Positions 30,148 to 38,348 of a stretch of 64,000 nt of DNA are shown here, one piece after another (positions within the stretch are counted from its first letter, which is position 1; every line of letters begins with the position of its first letter). The DNA is from a virus. Made by a program: the position numbers and the translations under genes. The notes beneath the pieces were generated by a model, which saw only the letters and a list, made by a program, of their open reading frames with translations, made no database searches and was not told where the DNA came from. Location of the stretch: the IMG/VR virus record IMGVR_UViG_3300021255_002737. The stretch is one strand, 5' to 3'.

Positions 30148-30837
30148 TCAAAGTTCCAGTTCAGGATAAGCGACTTCCCATGCCTTAACATGGTATGTAT
30201 TGACTTCTCCATAGTTTGCATCGAAGATTTTCTTTACACCAATCCCAATGTCAGCCGATGCCTGTTTGAGTTTGCGCCACGAAATGCTTTTCCATGAAAT
30301 ATCATTGAGTTTTGCAACGCGCTTAATGGAATACCATTCTTTGCTGTAGTCCAGCTCTGCCTGTAAGCGTTCTTTCTCCTGCTTTTCTTTCTTGTACTCC
30401 GTGAGTAATTTGATGCAGGAATCAGGATCATTAAGCATCATGTCAATGACACTCTGCTTTGCATACAGGCCATGTTTACGAATGTCAGGAAGAACTTCAT
30501 GTGTAACCCAATGTTTGAACTTCTTGGCTGTAGGGAGTTTACTGCCAAAAATCAGGGCATATACACCGGACTCACTGATAAACCAATTATCCTGACGCCC
30601 AAGTTTATTCTGCATTTCCTTTACCGAACTAAAGAGTTTTAGCATTTCGCTACCACGCTCCGACCTAAGGAATTTATCCTCGCAATCAACATGGTCATGA
30701 ACAGCTTCATTTGGGTTCTTGTATCCGAGAATATCCGCTACATCTTTCCCAACGAACCAAGGCTCATTGTTGATAATAACAGTGCGAACCTTGCCGAACT
30801 CTGGATTGTTAAAAACCTGTAATACATTGTTTTCCAT
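30148..30837 (-). CDS. Bro-N family antirepressor
   Basis: FGKVRTVIINNEPWFVGKDVADILGY and AKKFKHWVTHEVLPDIRKHG. Confidence 0.75.
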   Translation of the reverse strand: MENNVLQVFNNPEFGKVRTVIINNEPWFVGKDVADILGYKNPNEAVHDHVDCEDKFLRSERGSEMLKLFSSVKEMQNKLGRQDNWFISESGVYALIFGSKLPTAKKFKHWVTHEVLPDIRKHGLYAKQSVIDMMLNDPDSCIKLLTEYKKEKQEKERLQAELDYSKEWYSIKRVAKLNDISWKSISWRKLKQASADIGIGVKKIFDANYGEVNTYHVKAWEVAYPELEL

Positions 30838-31613
30838 ATAACACCATACCTTTCAAAGAAACATTCCTTATTCTCGACAACAATCACAAGACGTTAACCT
30901 TGCTTTTGCTATAAAATAACGGCGAGCGACAGGGAAGGAATGGTAAAACCTGTCAATGGGGAGCTACCCCGACTCGCCGGTATAAACAAATAAACATAAA
31001 ACTACACTGGAAAATAAGGTTTCCCTTTATGTCCTCATGTTCTGTGTTATTGTGTTACGAGCAATACAAGTCTGAGCAACGACTAGCAACTTTCGCGCTT
31101 CTTGCACTAGGAGCTAACTCCCCTATGACTCGACAGGACTATGACCTGCATCTTTCATTCATCATTCAGAAATGATATGCTTTTTCTAACCAATATTATG
31201 CAGATTGAACTACTCTACCTATCTACTTCCGTTATAGCTGCGGTTAAACAGCGTCACTGCAATACCTGTTTGATTGGGTTTATACCTATGGTTAGACCAT
31301 GTGAACCCAGACACATGATTTCATAGGCGACCGTATTGGTGCTTGCACAGGCCGGAAGGGACGGACACTACACTCGACATGATTCACACATATCCCAACA
31401 AGATAAGCTCTTTGAACTCTCATCGGCATAATCGCTTACGTCAACTAATGAATGGTACAGGCTATCGTCTATATCATCCATTTCTCTTAACAGGGATATT
31501 CTCAGCGGACTGACAATCCTCTGCACTGAGTTATCTTCCAGTACAGTTTTATGTCTATTTATAATGGTGGGGATGGTTTAATTGGACACATCCCCATAAA
31601 AATAAAATATTAC
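30838..31613. ncRNA. candidate large structured non-coding RNA (776 nt)
   Basis: No credible ORF; many nested GC-rich helices; one gene away from the tRNA cluster. Confidence 0.35.
30881..30909 (-). repeat. 29-nt box upstream of an antirepressor gene (copy a)
   Basis: caatcacaagacgttaaccttgcttttgc matches 32229-32257 at 28 of 29 positions. Confidence 0.7.
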
Positions 31614-32198
31614 TCAATGACGTTCCAGAAGATTTACAATATATTCTTTGCCTTTGTACGTGACTTCCGTATAGCTCCTGTCGTTATTCTTTGGATGAAC
31701 AAGGAACCATCCTTTGTCAATGTACCGTTGATATGGCATGTACTTATTCTCAGGCGTGCGATAGATATACCCATGATTAACTAACCATCGTGACAGCTTG
31801 TTCTGTCCCATGCTGAAACGATTCCATACAATGTCTGCAAGGTCATTCATGGAATACGTTACATCCTTATCCTCGACATCATTGTTTTCAATCATGTCAC
31901 GATCTTGGATACGCCCAATGTGTTTCAGGATGGCGTCCATGAATCGTCTACCGTTTCCTCTAGGGAAGTATGGTGCAACAAGTTTAAACGCATCTACAAT
32001 TGTAATGTAAGGTTCGTTTTCAATGCGCAACGGAATGATTCCCGTCTTTTCAAGCATGACTTCACTACGACCAAGACGATGGTCAATCCAGTCTGCAACA
32101 TCCCTTGCATTCACATAGATATAACCAATCGTTCCATAGAGTGTTACCGTGACACCGTAGGATTCTACATGGGCAACCACGCCAAAATTCTCATTCAT
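31614..32198 (-). CDS. KilAC/ANT-type antirepressor-like protein
   Basis: C-terminus YSMNDLADIV...MGQNKLSRWLVNHGYIYR...YQRYIDKGWF. Start moved to the ATG at 32198 (RBS AAAGGAAA). Confidence 0.6.
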   Translation of the reverse strand: MNENFGVVAHVESYGVTVTLYGTIGYIYVNARDVADWIDHRLGRSEVMLEKTGIIPLRIENEPYITIVDAFKLVAPYFPRGNGRRFMDAILKHIGRIQDRDMIENNDVEDKDVTYSMNDLADIVWNRFSMGQNKLSRWLVNHGYIYRTPENKYMPYQRYIDKGWFLVHPKNNDRSYTEVTYKGKEYIVNLLERH

Positions 32199-32228
32199 TT
32201 CAATTTCCTTTCTGTGTGTCCAATGTTG

Positions 32229-32257
32229 CAATCACAAGACGTTAACCTTGCTCTTGC
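32229..32257 (-). repeat. 29-nt box upstream of an antirepressor gene (copy b)
   Basis: caatcacaagacgttaaccttgctcttgc. Confidence 0.7.
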
Positions 32258-32304
32258 CGTTAGGTGGTGGGAGAAAGTAACGCCCACCTATGCCCCTCTT
32301 TGGA

Positions 32305-32342
32305 CATAATAAAAGGACACGGCAAGGGGGCAAACCGTGTCC
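32305..32342 (-). terminator. leader terminator just downstream of P motif copy 2
   Basis: Minus strand reads GGACACGG-tttgcccccttg-CCGTGTCC followed by TTTTATTATG. Confidence 0.55.
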
Positions 32343-32356
32343 AGAGTGTAATTAAA

Positions 32357-32405
32357 TTACCCCTCTATATATAATGTCGAAAAATGGGGGTAATTGTTCG
32401 GTAAA
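32357..32405 (-). promoter_or_regulatory. conserved P motif, copy 2 (candidate late promoter)
   Basis: Minus strand has GAAC (32399-32396), then N16, then CGAC (32379-32376). An ACCCC/GGGGT inverted repeat flanks the -10 region. Confidence 0.5.
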
Positions 32406-32419
32406 ACGCAAAATTTTTT

Positions 32420-32659
32420 TTATTTTTTCTTGATTTTTTTATCAAGAGCGGATTTTAATAGCTTTGAACGCCTAGATGCTATCATTGCACGTTGAATAAG
32501 CTCGTCTTTAGAGTCAGAATCGGGCATATTTTCTATCATTGTAGCTGCTATGTCATACGGTACGCGCATCACAAGGCACTCGCTGCCACAATCTGCAAAA
32601 CAACTAATGTTGTCATACATAGAGCTTTTCACATCCTGTATGTTCTTGAATCGTATCAA
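32420..32659 (-). CDS. hypothetical protein
   Basis: 79 aa with a basic C-terminus. The true start may be the internal Met, because of the 47-nt overlap. Confidence 0.45.
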   Translation of the reverse strand: MIRFKNIQDVKSSMYDNISCFADCGSECLVMRVPYDIAATMIENMPDSDSKDELIQRAMIASRRSKLLKSALDKKIKKK

Positions 32660-33566
32660 GCAATTCCTTCATTCCCAGCTTGTCCATGCAATACTTGTAC
32701 AACATAGGATGTGTTTTAGACAATCGGACAAACCTACGTCTATCACCCTTTTCTAAGTGGCAACCAATCGGGCAAAACACACATCCCGTCCTGTCCTCTC
32801 CTGTTGTGGCATATTTCCCGTTCTTATCCTTTACAATGTCGCCATAAACACTAGGAATCTTCACATGACGAGTAACAATGTATTCCAATACATCTTGTTC
32901 TGTCCAAAAGCTCATGGGCTTAGACGATGGGTCTTTAGCGTCAAACGCATTGCAGCCATGTCGAATCCATGCGTTATGCCTAAGTCTAGATTCACACGCC
33001 ATAGTTGCTAACATTGGCTTTGTCCCTGTTTGTTTCATGTATTTATGACCGGGCTTCTTTTTCATAACAGTGCAACAATATGGACTGATTTTAATTGGCG
33101 AATCTACCAGCCATGCCCATTTCATCTTATTCTTACACCAAGGGTTGCTGTGTCCCTCTTTATCGAGCCCATGAAATACATTGATTGCCCATTGGGAACC
33201 CTTGCGCCCATAGTAAATAGTCATTGCAACCTCTTTTGAAGGATATACCCATCCTTCGTCTTGAATTACCTGAAGAAAAGATTTCTCTGGACGAATGATA
33301 ACAATATTGTCAAATGACTTCACATGATCTTTAACCTCGGGGAACTCCAAACCAGTGTCTACGAATACCCCTTTGATGTCAGGAAACATCTCGCGCGCAA
33401 TATCCATCAGTACAGAGGAGTCCTTGCCACCGCTGAATGACACGTAGACATTGCCATTGTAATGATTGTACCATTCAGTGATTCTCAGCTTTGTCAGTGT
33501 AATTTTGTCATCAAGGGGAAGTGCCTGTAATTCCCTTAGCTCATCACTTGAGTGTTTCATCGTCAT
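32613..33566 (-). CDS. PAPS reductase/PP-loop ATPase family protein
   Basis: YVSFSGGKDSSVLMDI PP-loop; C-terminal CVFCPIGC. Confidence 0.75.
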   Translation of the reverse strand: MTMKHSSDELRELQALPLDDKITLTKLRITEWYNHYNGNVYVSFSGGKDSSVLMDIAREMFPDIKGVFVDTGLEFPEVKDHVKSFDNIVIIRPEKSFLQVIQDEGWVYPSKEVAMTIYYGRKGSQWAINVFHGLDKEGHSNPWCKNKMKWAWLVDSPIKISPYCCTVMKKKPGHKYMKQTGTKPMLATMACESRLRHNAWIRHGCNAFDAKDPSSKPMSFWTEQDVLEYIVTRHVKIPSVYGDIVKDKNGKYATTGEDRTGCVFCPIGCHLEKGDRRRFVRLSKTHPMLYKYCMDKLGMKELLDTIQEHTGCEKLYV

Positions 33567-33738
33567 CGTCTACCTCAATTCCGATTTTTACAATGGCAGA
33601 AACGAAGAAAATCAGGAGCATGTTAATGAGAATCAGGGAAACACATACGGTTGCACGGAACATCTCTACACTATTCGCGCAAACCATAGCAACGACCATC
33701 ATGATCGCACCAATTAACAATACCATTACGTTATTCAT
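33544..33738 (-). CDS. small membrane protein
   Basis: 64 aa with two hydrophobic helices. Confidence 0.5.
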   Translation of the reverse strand: MNNVMVLLIGAIMMVVAMVCANSVEMFRATVCVSLILINMLLIFFVSAIVKIGIEVDDDDETLK

Positions 33739-33904
33739 CCGGCATTACCTCCATACGTTTTATATTCCAACTTGTGAATAGCTCATTCGCTTTCTCTTGT
33801 ACGCGATGAGAAACAGCTGCGGCATCTCCGTCCTCCTCTACGCACACCGTCATGTCTTTCAGCGTACCTTCAATACTATCATCATGTATCGTAATATAAA
33901 TCAA
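33731..33904 (-). CDS. small acidic protein (57 aa, TTG start)
   Basis: Below the ORF cutoff. AAGGTG RBS; ATGAATAA overlap with the next gene. Confidence 0.3.
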   Translation of the reverse strand: MIYITIHDDSIEGTLKDMTVCVEEDGDAAAVSHRVQEKANELFTSWNIKRMEVMPDE

Positions 33905-33916
33905 ATAAACACCTTC

Positions 33917-34573
33917 TTATGGTTCATATTCTTCTGCAATCCTCGACAACCTTCCACGGAAGTTCCGTGTCAGCTCAACCTTACGTCCAATGTGTTCAAC
34001 CATGTAATTGCCATAGTCGACAAAGCAATGTTCCTTGTCGCCTGGATTGTCACTCTGACGGGAATCACCTAATAACACACATTTAGAATCATCATGAATG
34101 CGCGTCAGGACAAGACGCAGGTCACTCACGCCCATATTCTGTCCTTCGTCGATGATAACAAGGCAATCCATGAGGTTTACGCCGCGAAGGTTATTGTCTG
34201 TAATAAGCATGACCTGTTCTGTATTGACGAGTGCCTGAATATCTCTCTGTGAAAAGCCAAGGACTTCCAGTGCATCGTATGCAGCATAATATAACTGCGC
34301 TGTTTTCTGCTCAAGGTCTCCCGGTAAATATCCGTTGGCATAGCTGCGTTTTGATGGTTTGATGATATAGATGATTTTACTGATAACTCCATTGGCGAGC
34401 ATATCAACCCCCGCAGCAAATGCAACGGTTGTTTTACCAGAACCAGCCTTGGCTTCCACAAACGTAAATGGAACCTCAAGGATGCTATCGAACATCACAT
34501 GTTGTTCATTGGACATCCTTTTGTAAAACCTGTCACGATCCTTGTTGAACAGCGGAATTTCTTTGTCATTCAT
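33917..34573 (-). CDS. phoH: PhoH-like ATPase
   Basis: Walker A AKAGSGKTT; Walker B VIIDEGQN; LGDSRQSD motif. Confidence 0.8.
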   Translation of the reverse strand: MNDKEIPLFNKDRDRFYKRMSNEQHVMFDSILEVPFTFVEAKAGSGKTTVAFAAGVDMLANGVISKIIYIIKPSKRSYANGYLPGDLEQKTAQLYYAAYDALEVLGFSQRDIQALVNTEQVMLITDNNLRGVNLMDCLVIIDEGQNMGVSDLRLVLTRIHDDSKCVLLGDSRQSDNPGDKEHCFVDYGNYMVEHIGRKVELTRNFRGRLSRIAEEYEP

Positions 34574-34810
34574 GTCTTGTCCTCCTGCAAATAAAAAAGA
34601 CCATAGTATCCCATTTCAGAGACATCCTATGGTCTTACCTTGGTACATCTATAGTATATACATTGTATATACTATGTGTATCAATGGATATTATTGTATT
34701 CTATTGTTAAAACCTATGAAATACATCCATAGTTCTTCTAACGTCATTCAATGATTTGATTGAAAGAGTATAGTCTTATCAATGGACACATGGTTTATAC
34801 AGTGTTCTGA

Positions 34811-35120
34811 TTTGCTATCGCAAATACTTGCTAAAGCAAGTGAATCTATTTAATCAAGGGAAGGTTTGGAACCATCATTGCACTCACATTGCTTACTCAT
34901 TAACCCTATGTCTATCATTGTTATCAACGGAGGAACTATGGTTACTATCTAAGGTTCTATCGTTGGTATCAATGTATTCTATAGACACTCAATGGATACT
35001 CAATGTATTACTATGTACTCTCATTGTCTGTCTGTTTATATTATTTGCGAAGCAAATGATTCACGAAGTGAATCTTCTAAAGGTCTGTTTACAGAGATTC
35101 AATGTATTCTATAGTATCTC
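34811..35120. repeat. hairpin-module cluster B (U1', V, U2', ACTATAG box)
   Basis: U1' 34811-34841; V 34925-34965; U2' 35044-35072; box 35094-35120. Homologous to 10306-10779. Confidence 0.7.
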
Positions 35121-35436
35121 TATGGTCTCCCCTATAACCCCAAAAGGGTATATTTTCCCCCACGACTTCCCTTTCTTTTCTCTTTACCCTGTCACTGCCG
35201 CCGTGAAGGTTCCAATGCATGACTCTGATTTGCACCATGCAGGTAAAGAGGAAATAGCCCGACTTCCTACAGTCAGGCAAGGAATATTCTGGGAGATGTC
35301 AACATCTTCCAAGGGAAAGAAAAGAGAAAAGACAAGGCTCATTCCTGTGTACCTGATACCAGTGTACGGCGGTTCCACCCTGTCCAGATTGAGAGAACAG
35401 TCACGCTGTCAACGAGTGACAATGAGGTCAATAAAA

Positions 35437-35485
35437 TTACCCCTCTATATATAATGTCGAAAAATGGGGGTATTTGTTCGGTAAA
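35437..35485 (-). promoter_or_regulatory. conserved P motif, copy 3
   Basis: Nearly identical to 32357-32405 over about 60 nt. Confidence 0.5.
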
Positions 35486-36100
35486 TCTCAAAAAAAATAC
35501 AAAAAATTTTTTCAAACCTCTACAATGCCGTGTATGCTCATTTAGGTATCACCTGTATCACCATGCTCAAACCGTTGATTTACAAGGCTTTACGGCGATT
35601 CTACGGTGTTATGGCAATGGATTCCCTTGTTTCACCCTCGATAAACCCTTGTGGCGTAAGGGTTTGCGGTGTATTTCACTGAAATCATGGGATTTCCGCA
35701 GAGATGCGTAAAATTTCCACTGAGGTGCGCGGTTTGTGCTGTGACTATGCGGGCGATTTTACTGAGAACGTTTCCCATATTGGTACACGCAAAAGCACCC
35801 ACCATGTCCGCGTCTAGTGTACAATTCAATGTGATTCTCGCGAATCCCTTATATATAGCCATTCTTAACATCATATTACTATATGTTATCACATGTATAT
35901 TCTGATGACAACATAATATGATAACGTATCTCATTGAATGACATTGATATACATTGTAATTCCGATGACTACAACAATGCGCTGCTGTTCGAGTTAATGG
36001 CTGTCCGTTGATAACATATGAATAACCATTCATATATCAGTGGTATAGAACGCGCGTCAATCAGAATGCATTCTTATACATTCAATGTATATCTATACAA

Positions 36101-36235
36101 TCTCATTGCAATCTCATTGCCCTACACTAGATATTCATTGTAATCCAGTGCCTTACATTGGAATTTCATTGCCCTGCACTAGAGTCTTATTGTAAACTAA
36201 TTACTTACATTGGAATTTCATTGGCTGCCATTGAT
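36101..36235. repeat. iteron-like array: about three 52-bp direct repeats, each with three (C/T)ATTG cores
   Basis: Cores start at 36104, 36115, 36136, 36156, 36167, 36188, 36208, 36219 and 36229. Spacings are 11, 21, 20, 11, 21, 20, 11 and 10 bp. Confidence 0.65.
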
Positions 36236-36286
36236 CCATTCCGCTGCATAAATCCATTTAATCAAATTGAATTTAGAAAAACAAAT

Positions 36287-36517
36287 TCATTGATCCACAT
36301 CGCGCTTGCGTCGGAAAACAATCTCATATCCTAGAATATCCAGGATATTGTCAATCTCATTAGCTCTTATACTACCTTCATTAATTTTTCGATTAAATGA
36401 CTGCTGATTGTACCTAGTGTTATATTGTCTGTTATATTCTTCTCCAAAAGATTTTAATGAATAACCATTATCTGTTATTAAGTGTTTTATTCTTGTACTT
36501 AACATTGTATTATACAT
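36287..36517 (-). CDS. XRE-family HTH regulator
   Basis: LSTRIKHLITDNGYSLKSFGEEY...; divergent from the plus-strand block. Confidence 0.6.
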   Translation of the reverse strand: MYNTMLSTRIKHLITDNGYSLKSFGEEYNRQYNTRYNQQSFNRKINEGSIRANEIDNILDILGYEIVFRRKRDVDQ

Positions 36518-36649
36518 CCCCTATTACATACTATACATGTATGTATTGTATACTTATTGATATGTTATGTGTCTATTCATACTGTACATCTGTTTTGAAG
36601 CCTTTTTGAAATACTGCGATATAAAGAGCATTTGCGAGATATTTGAAGT

Positions 36650-36716
36650 ATAACAACGATTTTCGTAGTAAATACAACATTTTACGATGTGCAGTACAAC
36701 GTTTTTTGTAGTATAC
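36650..36716. promoter_or_regulatory. three tandem operator-like repeats
   Basis: ACAACGATTTTCGTAGTA, ACAACATTTTACGATGTG and ACAACGTTTTTTGTAGTA, between divergent genes. Confidence 0.5.
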
Positions 36717-36806
36717 TTTAGTTAAAGATAAAGAGAGAGACAAAGAAGTAAGACAAACAAATAATATAATACTAACTCTATTATATCAAATTAGGAGTGA
36801 TTTGTC

Positions 36807-37187
36807 ATGAAGAAAGAGCTGGATCTTTACACAGAATTAAACAACAACCGTCTCTGGCTGACAGAAGGCAAGATCACGAGCCGTGAAGCTCGTGAAGTCG
36901 TTGAAAAAGCCATGTTCTTCATCAGTACTATGCCAGATGACGAGAAAAAAGACGTTCTCGTCGATATGGCTGAAAGCGTCAAGGCGATGCTTGATGTTAC
37001 GTATGTGTTTTGGTGCAAGAATGGTAGTTACTTTGAAGAAGACAGAAAAGCCCTTGTCGCTGAGTGCCGTGCTAGTGATGTTACCTATGAGGTTGGTATG
37101 GATCCATTGGCAGCCGTGCAGGCCGCTTGGAAGAAAAAGGGACTCAAGGATGACCCATTCTTTCCCGTCGATTACTTTGTTGCTTAA
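36807..37187 (+). CDS. hypothetical protein
   Basis: 126 aa; RBS AGGAGTG. Confidence 0.6.
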   Translation: MKKELDLYTELNNNRLWLTEGKITSREAREVVEKAMFFISTMPDDEKKDVLVDMAESVKAMLDVTYVFWCKNGSYFEEDRKALVAECRASDVTYEVGMDPLAAVQAAWKKKGLKDDPFFPVDYFVA

Positions 37188-37238
37188 TTGACAGCTAGAA
37201 TCTACAAGCGCAAAACCTTGTAGATTCCATGGTGCTAA
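37185..37238 (+). repeat. intergenic hairpin element, copy 1
   Basis: TAATTGACAGCTAGAATCTACAAG-loop-CTTGTAGATTCCATGGTGCTAA. Confidence 0.6.
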
Positions 37239-37265
37239 TTAAGTTATCTGAAAGGGGTTTTCAAA

Positions 37266-37724
37266 ATGAAGGGATTTACAGAAGTTACCATTCAAAACCG
37301 TCCGTGTACCATTGTTTACAAGGGCGAGCACTATGCCGTCCGTTGGTTGTCTGGTCGTACCGTTCGCATGTCGAAGGAACGTATTATCAAGAAATTCCAT
37401 CTGCATCACGACGCATTGGACAGGTACGTTGCAGGCGGGTTCAAGAAGCCCCATTGCAATGCCAATGAGGATATCATGCGCGTCAACCGTTCCCTCTGGT
37501 ACGTTGAGAACGTTGCATTCTTTATTACAACGCTTGTCACAATGCTTCCTCAGGTTGCTATTGTCCTTGCCATTGTTATCGGATACATTGACGGCGCGGT
37601 TTTCCGTCCGTATGTCGCGCCAATGGTGTTCGGATCAATGTCGTTGATTCTTGCAAGTGTTATGCTTCCAGAGGTTTTGGCAAAGAAGTTTGATTTTGTG
37701 TTAGGTGTAGAACGTGAAGCGTGA
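37266..37724 (+). CDS. membrane protein
   Basis: 152 aa. Soluble N-terminus, then 2-3 TM helices. Confidence 0.6.
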   Translation: MKGFTEVTIQNRPCTIVYKGEHYAVRWLSGRTVRMSKERIIKKFHLHHDALDRYVAGGFKKPHCNANEDIMRVNRSLWYVENVAFFITTLVTMLPQVAIVLAIVIGYIDGAVFRPYVAPMVFGSMSLILASVMLPEVLAKKFDFVLGVEREA

Positions 37725-37744
37725 ATAGAGAGGAAGCAATTGCG

Positions 37745-38053
37745 ATGAAAAAGTTTACCATCACGAAAACAAAATCCATGATTTGCCTTGATATAGAAGT
37801 CCGCTGTAAGCGAATGTCGACGGCATATCGCCACTTCTACCAGGCAATCGAACAGGCACAGAAAGATGGCGCGTTTGGTTCCTATGACTTAACTAGTGAC
37901 GTTCTGGTTAAGCCAGAGGAATGTGACTGGCGATACAATACGCCAATTCACGACGACATAGAAAACACTGGCTATTGTGTTGGTTTGTATCCAATAAATA
38001 ACGGCTGGTATTTGTGGGCGAACGTAACCTACAAAAGAATGACAATGGATTGA
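37745..38053 (+). CDS. hypothetical protein
   Basis: The ATG at 37745 has RBS GAGAGGAAG. The ORF-track start (37721) is a GTG. Confidence 0.5.
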   Translation: MKKFTITKTKSMICLDIEVRCKRMSTAYRHFYQAIEQAQKDGAFGSYDLTSDVLVKPEECDWRYNTPIHDDIENTGYCVGLYPINNGWYLWANVTYKRMTMD

Positions 38054-38066
38054 AAGGAGTTTCACC

Positions 38067-38333
38067 ATGAAAAAGAACGTAAATGTCCCCATGAACAAGG
38101 TTTTGCCTGTCACTGATGATTTTATTGTGTCCCTTCTCAAGGCAGACACGGTAAACAACCGTATTTTCTACTACATGTCAGAGGAAGGCGGTGAAGGTTA
38201 CAGTACTGACATGTGGCTGGACTACTACAAGCGCTATGCGGACGTAGTGAAGCCAGCAGCCGACGTGTATGGCGGTATCATGTTGCGCCCACTAGGGGAC
38301 AATGGCGTTGAAGCGGTTTTGTATGAGAAGTAA
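38067..38333 (+). CDS. hypothetical protein
   Basis: 88 aa; RBS AAAGGAG. Confidence 0.55.
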   Translation: MKKNVNVPMNKVLPVTDDFIVSLLKADTVNNRIFYYMSEEGGEGYSTDMWLDYYKRYADVVKPAADVYGGIMLRPLGDNGVEAVLYEK

Positions 38334-38348
38334 GGAGCGTGATCCAGT

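Noticed and set aside
30838-31613. A second group I intron or a group II intron as the explanation for this structured region.
   Set aside because: The flanking genes are complete and unrelated. I found no R/S (P7) pair and no domain-V-like GAGCCGTAT..ACGGTTC hairpin on either strand.
32357-32405. The P motif as a plus-strand sigma-70 promoter (it contains TATAAT) or as an intrinsic terminator (ACCCC..GGGGT hairpin).
   Set aside because: There is no acceptable -35 element 17 bp upstream of TATAAT in any copy. Plus-strand transcripts would run antisense into genes. The hairpin has a 22-nt loop and no following T-run on either strand.
34828-36033. ORFs 34828-35454 (+, 208 aa), 35454-35711 (+) and 35632-36033 (-, 133 aa) as real genes in the 1.7-kb gap.
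   Set aside because: They have no RBS and implausible Cys/His/Leu-rich sequences. They run straight through repeat modules that are non-coding at their other locus (10.3-10.8 kb), and through the P motif.
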